From the IMG/VR virus record IMGVR_UViG_3300021090_000018: a DNA stretch of 64,000 nucleotides; one strand, 5' to 3'. The DNA comes from an uncultured virus (IMG/VR IMGVR_UViG_3300021090_000018) (lineage: Duplodnaviria > Heunggongvirae > Uroviricota > Caudoviricetes). Below the pieces are notes generated by a model. The model saw only the letters and a list, made by a program, of their open reading frames with translations, made no database searches and was not told the origin of the DNA. Shown piece by piece: positions 18,381 through 28,083 of the stretch (position 1 is its first letter; each line of letters starts with the position of its first letter). Made by a program: the position numbers and the translations under genes.

Positions 18381-20003
18381 TTAGAAAAACTCCGCAAGAG
18401 ATCCAGCACGAAGTTTCACCATGACATTCAGAAATAGTGTTGGCTGCATATTGTTCATCGCCGCATTGCCGCCGGTGCTCTGTGAATTCGCATTGCTGTT
18501 ATTCGCGCCCGCCGACCACGAGATAATGCCGCTGGCGCTAGATGAGCTTGGGACATCGCTGTTGCCGAGCAGGAGATGTGCGTGTGCCAATTGCTCTGTT
18601 GCGCTTTCAGCGTGCGCTTCTTCCCCAATAGCCTCGCCAAGCACTCTCGAGGTGTAGGTATGCGTGATCGTCCAAACGGGCGAAGATTTCGCCGTATAGT
18701 CAATCGCGGTGCCGTTCTGTGCATTCGCCAAAGTTGAAGCGAGTTGAACCTTTGTCGCACTGGACCGAATCACATAGTAGGTCGTCGAGGTTGTCAGGCC
18801 CGTGATGGTGCCCGATGCCAGCGTAAACACGACCGGCATCCCGGTGATCCATTTGGTGTTGTTCGAAACTACAGTCAGGTCATTCGCGGTAATATCGACG
18901 TCCGCATCGACCCCCGACGCGACGACGGTTCCGGTGCCATAGCCAGCGAGGGCACGTCCCAACGTCTTGGGGAGCGTCAGCGCCTTATTGGCAGCAAAGT
19001 CGGCTGCAGCGCTTCCCCCGCGACCGCCAGCAACCGGCGCCCATTGATCCGTGACATTCGTCCAAATGAGTGTGTAGAGCGCAGATGTGTCGGCATTGGC
19101 TCGACCCGTTGCGCCGCTGGTGGCACTCCCAATGGACTTGTCGTCCATCAGGACCCAGGAGGTGTCGGCCACGGTCTTGAGCGACAACTTGACATCGCCG
19201 GTGGAAAATCCCACCGCGTCCACATACTGCTTGCTGGCAATGCCGAGCGCGTCGGTAGGATCAGCCCCCACCGTACCGGCGTTGATCGTGGGGGTGCCAG
19301 ACAGGGAGTAGGTCCCGGTGGCGATACCAGACAAGACCGGTGACGAGATCGCCGGAGCCGTGATTGTGGGCGTACCGGCCAAGGTGTACGTCCCGGTCGC
19401 CGATCCCGAGAAGACGGGCGACGAGATGGCTGGAGCCGTGATCGTGGGCGTACCCCCCAACGTATAGGTCCCTGTCACCGTACCGGAGAGTATCGGAGAG
19501 GCGACGGTCTTATTCGACAGCGATTCAGCCCCGGCCAGCGTGGCAAAATCCCCGTCAGATAGGGCGGTATTGAACTGCGCGACAGTCCCCGTCAGCGTGT
19601 TGTTGGCCAGATTGAACGTCTTGGTGGTGAAGGTTTCGGATCCGGCCAAGGTGGCCAGTGTCCCCGTCAGTGGGAGGGTGACGTTCGTGGTATTGGTGAC
19701 GGTCAGCGTCGTGGCGAAGGCGCCCGAAATGGCGAAGTTACCCGCCAGGCTGAGTGTGCCGGTCGTGACGGTGAGAGCGTTTGCTGAGCCGTTGACAATG
19801 ACGGGCTTGTTGGCATTGCCAGACAGGGACGGCAGCTTACTAAATCCCGTCGAGATCAGATCCAGCTCGGCTCTCATAGAGGCGGATGTCGCGGGAGATC
19901 CAGACGCGGGAAAACTTCCATGCGTGTAATAATCCACCCCGTAGACGCGTGACGCCGCCCCGAGAATCAAGATCGCAACCAGTGCTCCGTGCCAGCGCTT
20001 CAT
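18381..20003 (-). CDS. Tail fibre protein carrying an N-terminal signal peptide
   Basis: YYTHGSFP...SMRAELDLISTGFSKLP attachment-like N-domain; ASKQYVDA..FSTGDVK and NNMQPTLFLNVMVKL collar motifs; three 26-aa repeats. Confidence 0.75.
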   Translation of the reverse strand: MKRWHGALVAILILGAASRVYGVDYYTHGSFPASGSPATSASMRAELDLISTGFSKLPSLSGNANKPVIVNGSANALTVTTGTLSLAGNFAISGAFATTLTVTNTTNVTLPLTGTLATLAGSETFTTKTFNLANNTLTGTVAQFNTALSDGDFATLAGAESLSNKTVASPILSGTVTGTYTLGGTPTITAPAISSPVFSGSATGTYTLAGTPTITAPAISSPVLSGIATGTYSLSGTPTINAGTVGADPTDALGIASKQYVDAVGFSTGDVKLSLKTVADTSWVLMDDKSIGSATSGATGRANADTSALYTLIWTNVTDQWAPVAGGRGGSAAADFAANKALTLPKTLGRALAGYGTGTVVASGVDADVDITANDLTVVSNNTKWITGMPVVFTLASGTITGLTTSTTYYVIRSSATKVQLASTLANAQNGTAIDYTAKSSPVWTITHTYTSRVLGEAIGEEAHAESATEQLAHAHLLLGNSDVPSSSSASGIISWSAGANNSNANSQSTGGNAAMNNMQPTLFLNVMVKLRAGSLAEFF

Positions 20004-22105
20004 CGCAACAGCCTCCGTGGGATGAAGTGGGTGATCAGGGAATCCAGGTCGTAGGGATAGAGATAGTCTTCCGACGACCGGAAGGTGACCTCGATGTTTT
20101 CGCCGTCGCCGGTCAGGTCGATCTCACTGGGCGAGAGGAGATTGCCGTCCCAGACAAACGCATCCCAACTCACCTCGTCCCAATTGGCACTGCCGGAGAA
20201 ATTCCCGACGTAACTCCGTTGAGGCGGTTGCGCATACTCACTGCTGCCATAACCCAGGCGATAGGCGACCTGGAAGGCCGCGTAGAAGTTGCTGCTCATC
20301 TCGACCGAGCCCCCACGATAGCTCTTGATCAGCCGAGGCGATTGCATCGTGTTCCAGGCCAACGTCAGAATCGCGTCGAGGTTGTCCCCGTCGAACGAGG
20401 ACCCCCGATCGAGTTCATAGACGAAGCCCCCGGTGGATGCTCCGGCATAGGTGCGTTCCTCTCCAGAGGGCGTTTCAGCGTTCCAGACACAGAAGAATGG
20501 AATCGGGAACGTCATCGGCATCGAGCCCACGACTTTGCCGTTCACAATCGTCAGGTAGAGCGCGTTGCCGTTACTGAAGTAGAGCCGGTACTGACTCTTC
20601 GTCTTGTGGGTGCAGGAGCAGAGGAGTAGTCCTCGGTGTTCGGTGATGAAGTTCTGAATGTTGAACGTCAGAGTGCCGGGCGCAAACCCGCTGAGTTCCG
20701 CTGCCGCTCGCACGCTCTGGACTCCGCTATCGTCCAAGCTGTACGCATCGGCCATATTCTGTTGGCTGTAGTGGACGCCCCCGGTTTCGTTGTTGAAGTC
20801 GACCGGCTTCCAGGGCGTCGTCCCTCCCGCTGCCGTGCCATAGACAATCCGCTTGGAGTTCCGGCCATCGACCAGCAACGTCGCGTTCCCTTGCGCACCA
20901 GGGAGCGAGAGATAGCCCGTGATTTCATCCCCAATGGCAATTTCCGCTGCTCCCGCCGTGGCATCGAAGACATACGGACGGCCAGGCCCAGAGACCATCG
21001 ACGAACTCCCAATGGCGAACCACAGGTGATCGCTATGGACCTTGACGTGAATGGGAATATCCGACGTGGCCTTGGTCTCGATCGGCACGAACACCGTCCC
21101 GTCGAACTCAAACCCACGATTCGCGTTGTCACAGCCGTAGATCCGCTTGGTCTGAAGTTGTCCCCCAAAGTTCTTGATGTCGAATTCAAACCGTCCACCA
21201 GGGAGCATGGGAATCGCGGTCTGGACCCCACTCACTTGAATCGAGATGGCCCCGATCGTTGCGGCACCGGCGGTATAGTTTCCTGGGGCCGGCGCGTCGA
21301 TGATGAACCGGCCGTAGGCATCGCCCGCCGCGAAGCTCCCGCCTTCGTGCACCGCCCGACGAATCAGCGCGGTATTCCCGCCTTGGGTCAGCGTGTCGCC
21401 GTCCACTGGCACGAGCGATCCATGATTGCCGCCTGTAAACCGCACCTCCAGGAACATCGTGACCGCCGTCCACCCAGAGGCAGAGGCTTCATGCAACACA
21501 ACCGCGGTGGCTCCGGCGTTATCCCGAAAGGCGAAGAGCTTGTGCGTACCTGAGACATTGAGCGAGGTGACCCCACGCACCGGCCCCGAACCAGGCACCG
21601 CCGCAATTAAGGCGCGATAGACATCAGCCGCGAGGTTCAGATACTGGGCGTTCAGCAGCTGGGAGAGGACGACCGTGCGCATCACCGCCGTCCCGATCGT
21701 CGTCGCGCCCACCTTCACCACTTCCACATCGGTAAAGGTGCCGACGAGAATCGTGAGCACGAGATAGTCGGCCCCTAAGGCGATGATCTTCCCTGTCGCG
21801 CCAGAGGAATTCCCCGTGAGCGTTTGCCCGAGCGTCGGGATGTTCGTGAAGCTCGCAATCTGCACCAGGCCATAGACCGCATCAGATGGACGGGCTCGCC
21901 CATCCAGGCGTTCATGTCCACCGATCCTGCGATACCCACCACCAGGCGTGGCCTTGGCTTCATAGTTCCGGGCATACCGCGCAATGCCTCGCCCTGGCTT
22001 GAGTTGCAGCGTCGGCGTCATCTCGTCCAAGCCGCCGATGAGGACGACTTGATCCGTCTTCACGTCGGGCATCTGCTCAATCGTATTGTCGAGTTGACGA
22101 CTCAT
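20000..22105 (-). CDS. Tail nozzle/stabilization protein
   Basis: ~700 aa beta-rich, GGLD...GGYRRIGG N-terminus, follows adaptor gene. Confidence 0.65.
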   Translation of the reverse strand: MSRQLDNTIEQMPDVKTDQVVLIGGLDEMTPTLQLKPGRGIARYARNYEAKATPGGGYRRIGGHERLDGRARPSDAVYGLVQIASFTNIPTLGQTLTGNSSGATGKIIALGADYLVLTILVGTFTDVEVVKVGATTIGTAVMRTVVLSQLLNAQYLNLAADVYRALIAAVPGSGPVRGVTSLNVSGTHKLFAFRDNAGATAVVLHEASASGWTAVTMFLEVRFTGGNHGSLVPVDGDTLTQGGNTALIRRAVHEGGSFAAGDAYGRFIIDAPAPGNYTAGAATIGAISIQVSGVQTAIPMLPGGRFEFDIKNFGGQLQTKRIYGCDNANRGFEFDGTVFVPIETKATSDIPIHVKVHSDHLWFAIGSSSMVSGPGRPYVFDATAGAAEIAIGDEITGYLSLPGAQGNATLLVDGRNSKRIVYGTAAGGTTPWKPVDFNNETGGVHYSQQNMADAYSLDDSGVQSVRAAAELSGFAPGTLTFNIQNFITEHRGLLLCSCTHKTKSQYRLYFSNGNALYLTIVNGKVVGSMPMTFPIPFFCVWNAETPSGEERTYAGASTGGFVYELDRGSSFDGDNLDAILTLAWNTMQSPRLIKSYRGGSVEMSSNFYAAFQVAYRLGYGSSEYAQPPQRSYVGNFSGSANWDEVSWDAFVWDGNLLSPSEIDLTGDGENIEVTFRSSEDYLYPYDLDSLITHFIPRRLLR

Positions 22106-22788
22106 CGAAACGCTCCCACCAAGGCCGCCGAGGGCGTTTGATCGTTCACGAGATTGCGATATTCCTCTTTCCACGCCTTCTGCGCCCTGGCATAGACTTC
22201 CCGTGCAGCATAAAAACCGCCGTAGTCCAGCATGGCTTTGTGCACAATAATGATGTCGTCATGGCCGAGCGGCATGGCCGGCACGTTTGCATCAGCGGTG
22301 AGGAGTACGGCGTTTCTGTAGTAGTCCATGGAGGCTTCAAGTCCGGAGATCGGCGAGGGCCCAACGATCAGCGCATCATCCGGTCCAGTCGTCACTTCGA
22401 TGGGACGTGAGGAGACGGTGCGATTGGCCCCGAACAACCAGAGATTGCGGAAGCTCTCGTAGCTGCGGTAGTCGAGGTGTTGCTCGGAGACGAGTCCGGG
22501 AATGGTGAAGAAGGTGCGGCCGTTCTCGGGGATCCAGTCCCGAAAGGTGCCGGCCGCGATGGCACAGGCCGTCGGCAGATAACTGGACGTGCCGGCGATC
22601 AAGGGCCATGTGGCCGTCAACCGCATGAACTTCCAATCGTCGCGCTTGGCCTGGATCGAGATCCAGGCGGACGCATACCAGTTGACCATCCGCTTGAGTT
22701 GGCCGGTCTGCCCGACCACGGTCGTCAAACTGTTCGCGTTCACCCCGCACTCGTCGCAAAACCTGATGACCCCATCCAAGAACGTCAC
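22102..22788 (-). CDS. Head-tail adaptor protein
   Basis: GTG after GGAGG; TFLDGV...AWISIQ...W.FM and P.P motifs; synteny. Confidence 0.6.
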   Translation of the reverse strand: MTFLDGVIRFCDECGVNANSLTTVVGQTGQLKRMVNWYASAWISIQAKRDDWKFMRLTATWPLIAGTSSYLPTACAIAAGTFRDWIPENGRTFFTIPGLVSEQHLDYRSYESFRNLWLFGANRTVSSRPIEVTTGPDDALIVGPSPISGLEASMDYYRNAVLLTADANVPAMPLGHDDIIIVHKAMLDYGGFYAAREVYARAQKAWKEEYRNLVNDQTPSAALVGAFR

Positions 22789-22810
22789 GAACAGCCCTCC
22801 CAGCGCGTGG

Positions 22811-23440
22811 TTAGTTCTGCGCCGACACCAGGCGATGAAACCACTCGCCACCCTTCGTCCCACGCGCCACTCCGGCAGGATCGTGGACGACGGTCAGGTG
22901 TGTCATGAGGACGAGGTTGTGCTTGACCTGGTTATCCTCATGATGTTCGTATTTCACGATATTGGTTTTGATATGATCCTGCTTGGCGCGCAAGAGGACT
23001 TCGACATACTTTCGCTTAGTCACGATCTGTGCTCCAGTCGGAATGGCCTTCCACTCCTGCCACGCATTCCCGATGAGGACTTCGATCCCGCGTCCATTCA
23101 CCCAGCACTCCCGAAACGTCGCGGCGTTCGGATCTTGCGACGGGGTGATGATGACGGTGACGGGTTCCTCGGCGAAGGCGAGTGCGGACTGATACTCCTT
23201 CGTGAGAGGCGAATCGACCGCTTGAATGCTCGACGGCTTCTCGGGCAACGGCTGATTGAATCCCGGCATGAAGAGCGGAGCCGGCTGTTCAATCGTATGC
23301 TCGCTGGTGTGCATTTCGGTCGTGCGAGCCTTCGCCTTGAGATTGACCTTGAGCTTTGAGGCCTTCGACTTCGGCACCGTCTTTTTGGGCGAGATGCCGG
23401 TGGGCCCTTCTAGCGTGGCCGTTGACGAGTGAGGTTCCAT
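22811..23440 (-). CDS. Hypothetical virion-associated protein
   Basis: GGAGG RBS; VNGR..KRKYVEVL motif; downstream of capsid. Confidence 0.6.
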   Translation of the reverse strand: MEPHSSTATLEGPTGISPKKTVPKSKASKLKVNLKAKARTTEMHTSEHTIEQPAPLFMPGFNQPLPEKPSSIQAVDSPLTKEYQSALAFAEEPVTVIITPSQDPNAATFRECWVNGRGIEVLIGNAWQEWKAIPTGAQIVTKRKYVEVLLRAKQDHIKTNIVKYEHHEDNQVKHNLVLMTHLTVVHDPAGVARGTKGGEWFHRLVSAQN

Positions 23441-23508
23441 CGCACAGACCTCCAGGTAAGGGTGTTGAGGGCCTGGACCAAGCCAGGCCCCCCATGGACA
23501 AACGGAAC

Positions 23509-23994
23509 TTAGGCAACCGCTGGACGATCCGGCGTCATCCCGGCGTCGTGGAACGTATAAGTCATTCCTGTGACACTCGACAAATTGTTTGTGCCGAACG
23601 TCCAGGTTGCGACGAGAGTCGCGCCACCCTTCAGGATGATGTACCCGATCGTCGCCACCGTATCCGGCAGACCAGGAAACTGCGGAGCCCGCACGAAGGC
23701 CCCGTTGACGTCGAGAGATTCGATCGTCCCTTGCGCCGCACGGAGGTTCCCGCCAGAATCCAGTCCAACCTGAATCACGGTGCCTTGATTGGCCACGATC
23801 GGACGGAACGCTGCGCCAGTCACAATGTCGGTGGTCGGCGTGGCGACGTTGGTCATGGCGGTCTTGGTATACATCGAGCCCTTAATCATGAAGGTCGTGG
23901 TGCCGGTATTGCTGATGGTCGTGGTGGACCCAGCCGCCAGCGTCACCTTGGACATGCACATCGTCAGGGGGGTACTTCCAAAAGAATCAGGCAT
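23509..23994 (-). CDS. Putative capsid decoration protein
   Basis: Beta-rich; similar to the upstream 24033 protein. Confidence 0.5.
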   Translation of the reverse strand: MPDSFGSTPLTMCMSKVTLAAGSTTTISNTGTTTFMIKGSMYTKTAMTNVATPTTDIVTGAAFRPIVANQGTVIQVGLDSGGNLRAAQGTIESLDVNGAFVRAPQFPGLPDTVATIGYIILKGGATLVATWTFGTNNLSSVTGMTYTFHDAGMTPDRPAVA

Positions 23995-24032
23995 AATCGT
24001 GTCTCCTTCTCCTTCGAATTATGTCGAGTGCG

Positions 24033-24548
24033 TTACAGTAAGACGGACGGATCAAAGGCCCCAATCGCGTCCATGTAGACCACGGTCGGCACCACCGTCG
24101 CGTCGTCTAGGGCGGTCGTGCCGCCTACGAAATTGCCTGTGCCTGTCGGATTGACGATAATGAATCCAATCATCGTTTTTCCGACGGGAATCTGAGGGAA
24201 CGTCACTCCGACCAACGTCGTCGCTTCCGTCCCCATGGCCACGGTGACCGTGCCGCCAATGTCGACAAAGAAACAGAAGACATTGAAGAGGTCCGCGGTG
24301 ACCGTGCCGACGAGAGCCGGCATGTCCGTCGCGGCAGCGATCGTGACCAGTTTTCCTTGCACTGTCCCGTACCAGGCGGCGGCGCCCGTCTTGACCAGCG
24401 CACTCGCGCCAGCTTTAATCACCAGACCCGCGGTGATCCGCGATTGGCAGGACAGCCGATCTGCCACGGGTTCAATGACGTTTCTGAGTGCTCGCTGTGC
24501 CGTGAGATCAGGCAAGGTTTGAATCCATCGACCAATTCGTTCGAGCAT
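24033..24548 (-). CDS. Putative capsid decoration protein
   Basis: Directly after major capsid; FVGGTTALD motif. Confidence 0.5.
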   Translation of the reverse strand: MLERIGRWIQTLPDLTAQRALRNVIEPVADRLSCQSRITAGLVIKAGASALVKTGAAAWYGTVQGKLVTIAAATDMPALVGTVTADLFNVFCFFVDIGGTVTVAMGTEATTLVGVTFPQIPVGKTMIGFIIVNPTGTGNFVGGTTALDDATVVPTVVYMDAIGAFDPSVLL

Positions 24549-24614
24549 GGCGTCGTCCTCTCTTTGCAAAGGACTCAGGAGCCGAGGCCCCTGAGTCCAT
24601 CAGTCATTCTTTTA

Positions 24615-25685
24615 TTACAGCGGGAGGTTGCGGCTCCCGACGTAGAGCACCGCCATCCAGCCGTGGTTTTCGATCATGCCCGCCTTGTACCAAATGGTGC
24701 CGGCGTAGCCGCGTTGACCGAAGACATCTGACTTCGACGCCACCCCAGTCGGCAGGTAGCTGGGCTTCAGGGAATCTTTTCCACGGACGGAGACCTGACT
24801 CCAGGCATCTTCCGCCACCACGATCATCGGGTACACATCGATCAAGGTCCCGGTTGTGGACCGGCAATCCGTCGCACCCACTGCGGCTCCGGCATTCTGC
24901 AAGGACGGCAGATCCGGATGGCCGATGAAGCGGAACTCTTCCACCTTGCCGAGCTCTCCCGGTAAGGGCTTCATCGAGGCGTACTTCTCGATCGGCGTGT
25001 AACCAGCCATGTTGCGAATGTCCGAGGCCAGATTCGTGTGACAGAACACCAGATAGCCCGCGGCCACCGGTTCCGTGCCATACAAGGCCGAGGCGGAGAG
25101 CATCGAGGTGACCGTCTTCGCGTGGTTCGCCCGCAGGTTCTCCACGATCCGGCGCACCTGACCCACGGTGCAGGCTCCATTAACGGTGGCGATGGTGGTG
25201 CCGGTTCCGCCGTAGTAGGCGTTGGTGCACGACCGGAGGATGCCGTAGAGGATCATCTCCGTGACGAAGGTCACCCGCTCACCAATCTGCTTCGTCATCT
25301 GCTCGGGGATGTCGTCCTCATAGAAGTCGAACGTCTTGTCGGTGAAGCCGTACAAGCAGGCGTACTGCTGCATGACCACCGTGATGTCGATCGCCGCGAT
25401 GGAATCGGGGAGGGGCGTGACGCCTTCTTGCGTCTGATGCGCCTGGGCAATGAGGTTGCCACGGTCGCCGTCCGCGTTCTGGAAGAACGTGTTTTGCGAC
25501 GTGGCGGATGCCGAGGTGGACCCGTAGGGCAGATACCGACGTGCGACATAGGTATCCGACTGATTCTTGTTGAACTTGACTTGCTTACCCTGCTTGGCGA
25601 GCATTTCGCCTGGCTCGGCGTGCTTCAGAATCGCACCCTTCATGCGGCCGATCCGCTGCGGGGTCATGGCATACGTCTGGACCAT
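24615..25685 (-). CDS. Major capsid protein, N4-gp56-like family
   Basis: EGVTP...QQY, YTPIEKYA...GELGKVEEFRF, DVYP, SKSDVFGQRGY motifs. Confidence 0.85.
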   Translation of the reverse strand: MVQTYAMTPQRIGRMKGAILKHAEPGEMLAKQGKQVKFNKNQSDTYVARRYLPYGSTSASATSQNTFFQNADGDRGNLIAQAHQTQEGVTPLPDSIAAIDITVVMQQYACLYGFTDKTFDFYEDDIPEQMTKQIGERVTFVTEMILYGILRSCTNAYYGGTGTTIATVNGACTVGQVRRIVENLRANHAKTVTSMLSASALYGTEPVAAGYLVFCHTNLASDIRNMAGYTPIEKYASMKPLPGELGKVEEFRFIGHPDLPSLQNAGAAVGATDCRSTTGTLIDVYPMIVVAEDAWSQVSVRGKDSLKPSYLPTGVASKSDVFGQRGYAGTIWYKAGMIENHGWMAVLYVGSRNLPL

Positions 25686-25704
25686 GGGGCGTCTCCTTCC
25701 TTAA

Positions 25705-26586
25705 TCAGCGGCCTTTGTAGGCGTCGAGCATTTCGCTTTCTTCGGTGGACACGCTGGCCCCTCCTCTCGATCCCGCACTTCTCGGGGTGACGGCGGCTGC
25801 CGCACGCGAGGGGCGAGTCGGAGTGGTTGGCGTGACCGGTGGTTTCGATTTCGTGGCTGTGAAGGTGTTGAACTTGTCGATCGATCCCTTCACGTCGGAC
25901 ACTTTCCAGGAGTTGTCGATCTTGTTGGCGTACTCTTGCGGCTGGGACTTGAGCCAGTCTCGATAGGCGGGACTGTTGACCGTCTCCAGCCAGCCAGGGA
26001 CTAGTTCATCCATCACGGCGACGGTGGTCTCTTGCTTTACGGTGCTGATGATCGCCGGCATCTCGGCTTTGAATCGCTCACTCATCTTGGCGTCGACATC
26101 GATGGGCGCGGTACCCTGCACCCCGTCCAGTGCGCGATTGAGCCCGGTCACGGTCATGTCGAGGAGATCGGGGAACTGTTCCCCCAATTCCTTGAAGTGC
26201 TCTTTGGTGACCACCAACTTGGACCCGGCAGGCGTCTTCTCTTGGATGGTTTTGAGCGCGGCCTCAAAGGTGCCCATCTTGCTGCCCATGCCACTGACGT
26301 TCCGATGTAAGGCGTCCTTCAGTGCGCCCACTTCCTTCGAAGCGTTCTGCAGCTCCGTCAGTTGGGCTTCGGTGATCTGGACGTACTTCGGTTCGTCCTC
26401 CACCACGGGTTCGGTCTCGGTAAGATCGGTGGCAGCGGTCTCCGTCGTGGTGGTAGCGTCGGGAGTCGGCGTGGTGACAGGGGCCGGTTGGCCTGCGTAG
26501 CCTGCTACGAGGTCTTGATCGGTGGACCCGTCATCGTCGGGCGCGAGGGTCGTGACTTCTGGCTCTGTGTCGATCGCAGTCGTCAT
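25705..26586 (-). CDS. Capsid scaffolding protein
   Basis: Acidic N-terminus, coiled coil, immediately upstream of capsid gene. Confidence 0.7.
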   Translation of the reverse strand: MTTAIDTEPEVTTLAPDDDGSTDQDLVAGYAGQPAPVTTPTPDATTTTETAATDLTETEPVVEDEPKYVQITEAQLTELQNASKEVGALKDALHRNVSGMGSKMGTFEAALKTIQEKTPAGSKLVVTKEHFKELGEQFPDLLDMTVTGLNRALDGVQGTAPIDVDAKMSERFKAEMPAIISTVKQETTVAVMDELVPGWLETVNSPAYRDWLKSQPQEYANKIDNSWKVSDVKGSIDKFNTFTATKSKPPVTPTTPTRPSRAAAAVTPRSAGSRGGASVSTEESEMLDAYKGR

Positions 26587-26661
26587 AGAACCTCCAGAGA
26601 AATGCCGCGTGCGCAGGGGCGTGCGCGGGTGGTGCTGGCCGTGCCCGAAGGTGCGGCCTGG

Positions 26662-26889
26662 TTACAGATCCGGCATGACTTTCTTGAGCGTCGGTGCATC
26701 GGCAAAGGCGCGCACCAGGGCTTTAACCTCAGTGATTTTTGCGATGAGTTCTTGCCGCGCTTCGGCGGACATCGGTTTGTCGTTCTTGACGCGGCACTCC
26801 TCCAACCGCTGGACGAAATGATCGCGGAGCTTCTGTCCGAGGGTGGAGACTTTCTCTTGTGGCGTCAGCACGAGTTCCATGCGTGCCAT
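26662..26889 (-). CDS. Hypothetical protein (head module)
   Basis: RLEECRVKND motif; small gene before scaffold. Confidence 0.6.
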   Translation of the reverse strand: MARMELVLTPQEKVSTLGQKLRDHFVQRLEECRVKNDKPMSAEARQELIAKITEVKALVRAFADAPTLKKVMPDL

Positions 26890-26938
26890 GCGAATAGCAC
26901 GATAGGGAGAGGAGGGCGTTAACAGAGTAAACAGAATT

Positions 26939-27106
26939 CTATTGGATGCCGAGGCGGATGTTGGTGATCTGATCTGACGGAATGATCCAGCGAGTCACCG
27001 TGCGGACTGGAGTGACGCGACCCTTATCAATCCAGTGATAGATCGTGAGGCGAGAGACCTTGAGCCGTCTGGCTGCGGCGCTGATGGTATAGCCATCTTT
27101 CATCAT
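26939..27106 (-). CDS. Small MerR/excisionase-like HTH DNA-binding protein
   Basis: Manual translation MMKDGYTISAAARRLKVSRLTIYHWIDKGRV... Confidence 0.7.
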   Translation of the reverse strand: MMKDGYTISAAARRLKVSRLTIYHWIDKGRVTPVRTVTRWIIPSDQITNIRLGIQ

Positions 27107-27127
27107 CGCGGTCGTGCTCCGGTGAAT

Positions 27128-27397
27128 CTACGCGACCTCTTCCCGTGACGCCTGAACATTGGCCCTGCTGGCGTCGTCGGCAATGGTGCATTCATGATGG
27201 GTGGGCCTCCAGGCTGGGGTTTTGTACGGCTGATTGAACAGATGCCGCGTTTTGAACGTGGCCACTCGGATGCGGAGAATACAGGTCTTACACAACGGCA
27301 CCGGCTGGAACGCCATGAACGGATTGAGGTGGCAGAGCTTCGGCATCTCGACCGGGATACTGCACTCATGGCAGAGGGCGGTGTCGGTGTCGGTCAT
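27128..27397 (-). CDS. Hypothetical Cys-containing protein
   Basis: AGGAG RBS; CxxC...CxxC. Confidence 0.5.
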   Translation of the reverse strand: MTDTDTALCHECSIPVEMPKLCHLNPFMAFQPVPLCKTCILRIRVATFKTRHLFNQPYKTPAWRPTHHECTIADDASRANVQASREEVA

Positions 27398-27405
27398 GCG
27401 TCTCC

Positions 27406-28083
27406 TTAATTCGCCGCAAACTGGACCGAGATCGAGCCAAAGGCCAATCCACCCGCACCAGGAGCAGACACGTTGACGCTCAGCCCGTTGGAGGTGCCCG
27501 CGAGGACCGTGGGCATCTTCGATTCAAACAATCCGTAGTCACGGCAATACGCATCCAACCCTGGAACGTCGGCTGCGCCTGCACCCAATTCTCCCACTTG
27601 AAAACTCCATTGATCGAGGGTGGGACCGATGGTGCCGAGCGTCCCGGTTCGTCGCACGATGCCGGTCCAGTTCCCATCCGCCGGATCAAACTTCGAGACG
27701 CTATCCGCGCCGGTCCCTTCTTGCGTCGAGACGGTGCCCCCGCTGGAGGCGGTCGATCGACGATTCACCGTCACCGTGACGCCAGCGGCGGCGGTCGCAT
27801 TCGTCACCCCAACACACACTCGTGACACGCGAAAGCCTCGTGCCGCCTCCGCTTCGAGCGACAGATTAAAGAGCGCGGTCGTGACCAGCGCCGAGCTGGA
27901 AGCGTTGTAGGTGGCCACCGTGGACTTCCCAGCATTGGTCGCCAGATTCCCGTTGAGATCAACCTTGGCACACTGCGATCCTGTGGTGGGATCGCAGATG
28001 TTCGCGGCATGTCCCGTGAGAGGCAGCAGCACCAGTACCAGTGCGAGGCTACCCCACTGAGTAATAGACTTTAAATTTCCCAT
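27406..28083 (-). CDS. Exported beta-rich accessory protein
   Basis: AGGAG RBS; signal peptide ...SLALVLVLLPLTGHA; 4 Cys. Confidence 0.65.
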   Translation of the reverse strand: MGNLKSITQWGSLALVLVLLPLTGHAANICDPTTGSQCAKVDLNGNLATNAGKSTVATYNASSSALVTTALFNLSLEAEAARGFRVSRVCVGVTNATAAAGVTVTVNRRSTASSGGTVSTQEGTGADSVSKFDPADGNWTGIVRRTGTLGTIGPTLDQWSFQVGELGAGAADVPGLDAYCRDYGLFESKMPTVLAGTSNGLSVNVSAPGAGGLAFGSISVQFAAN

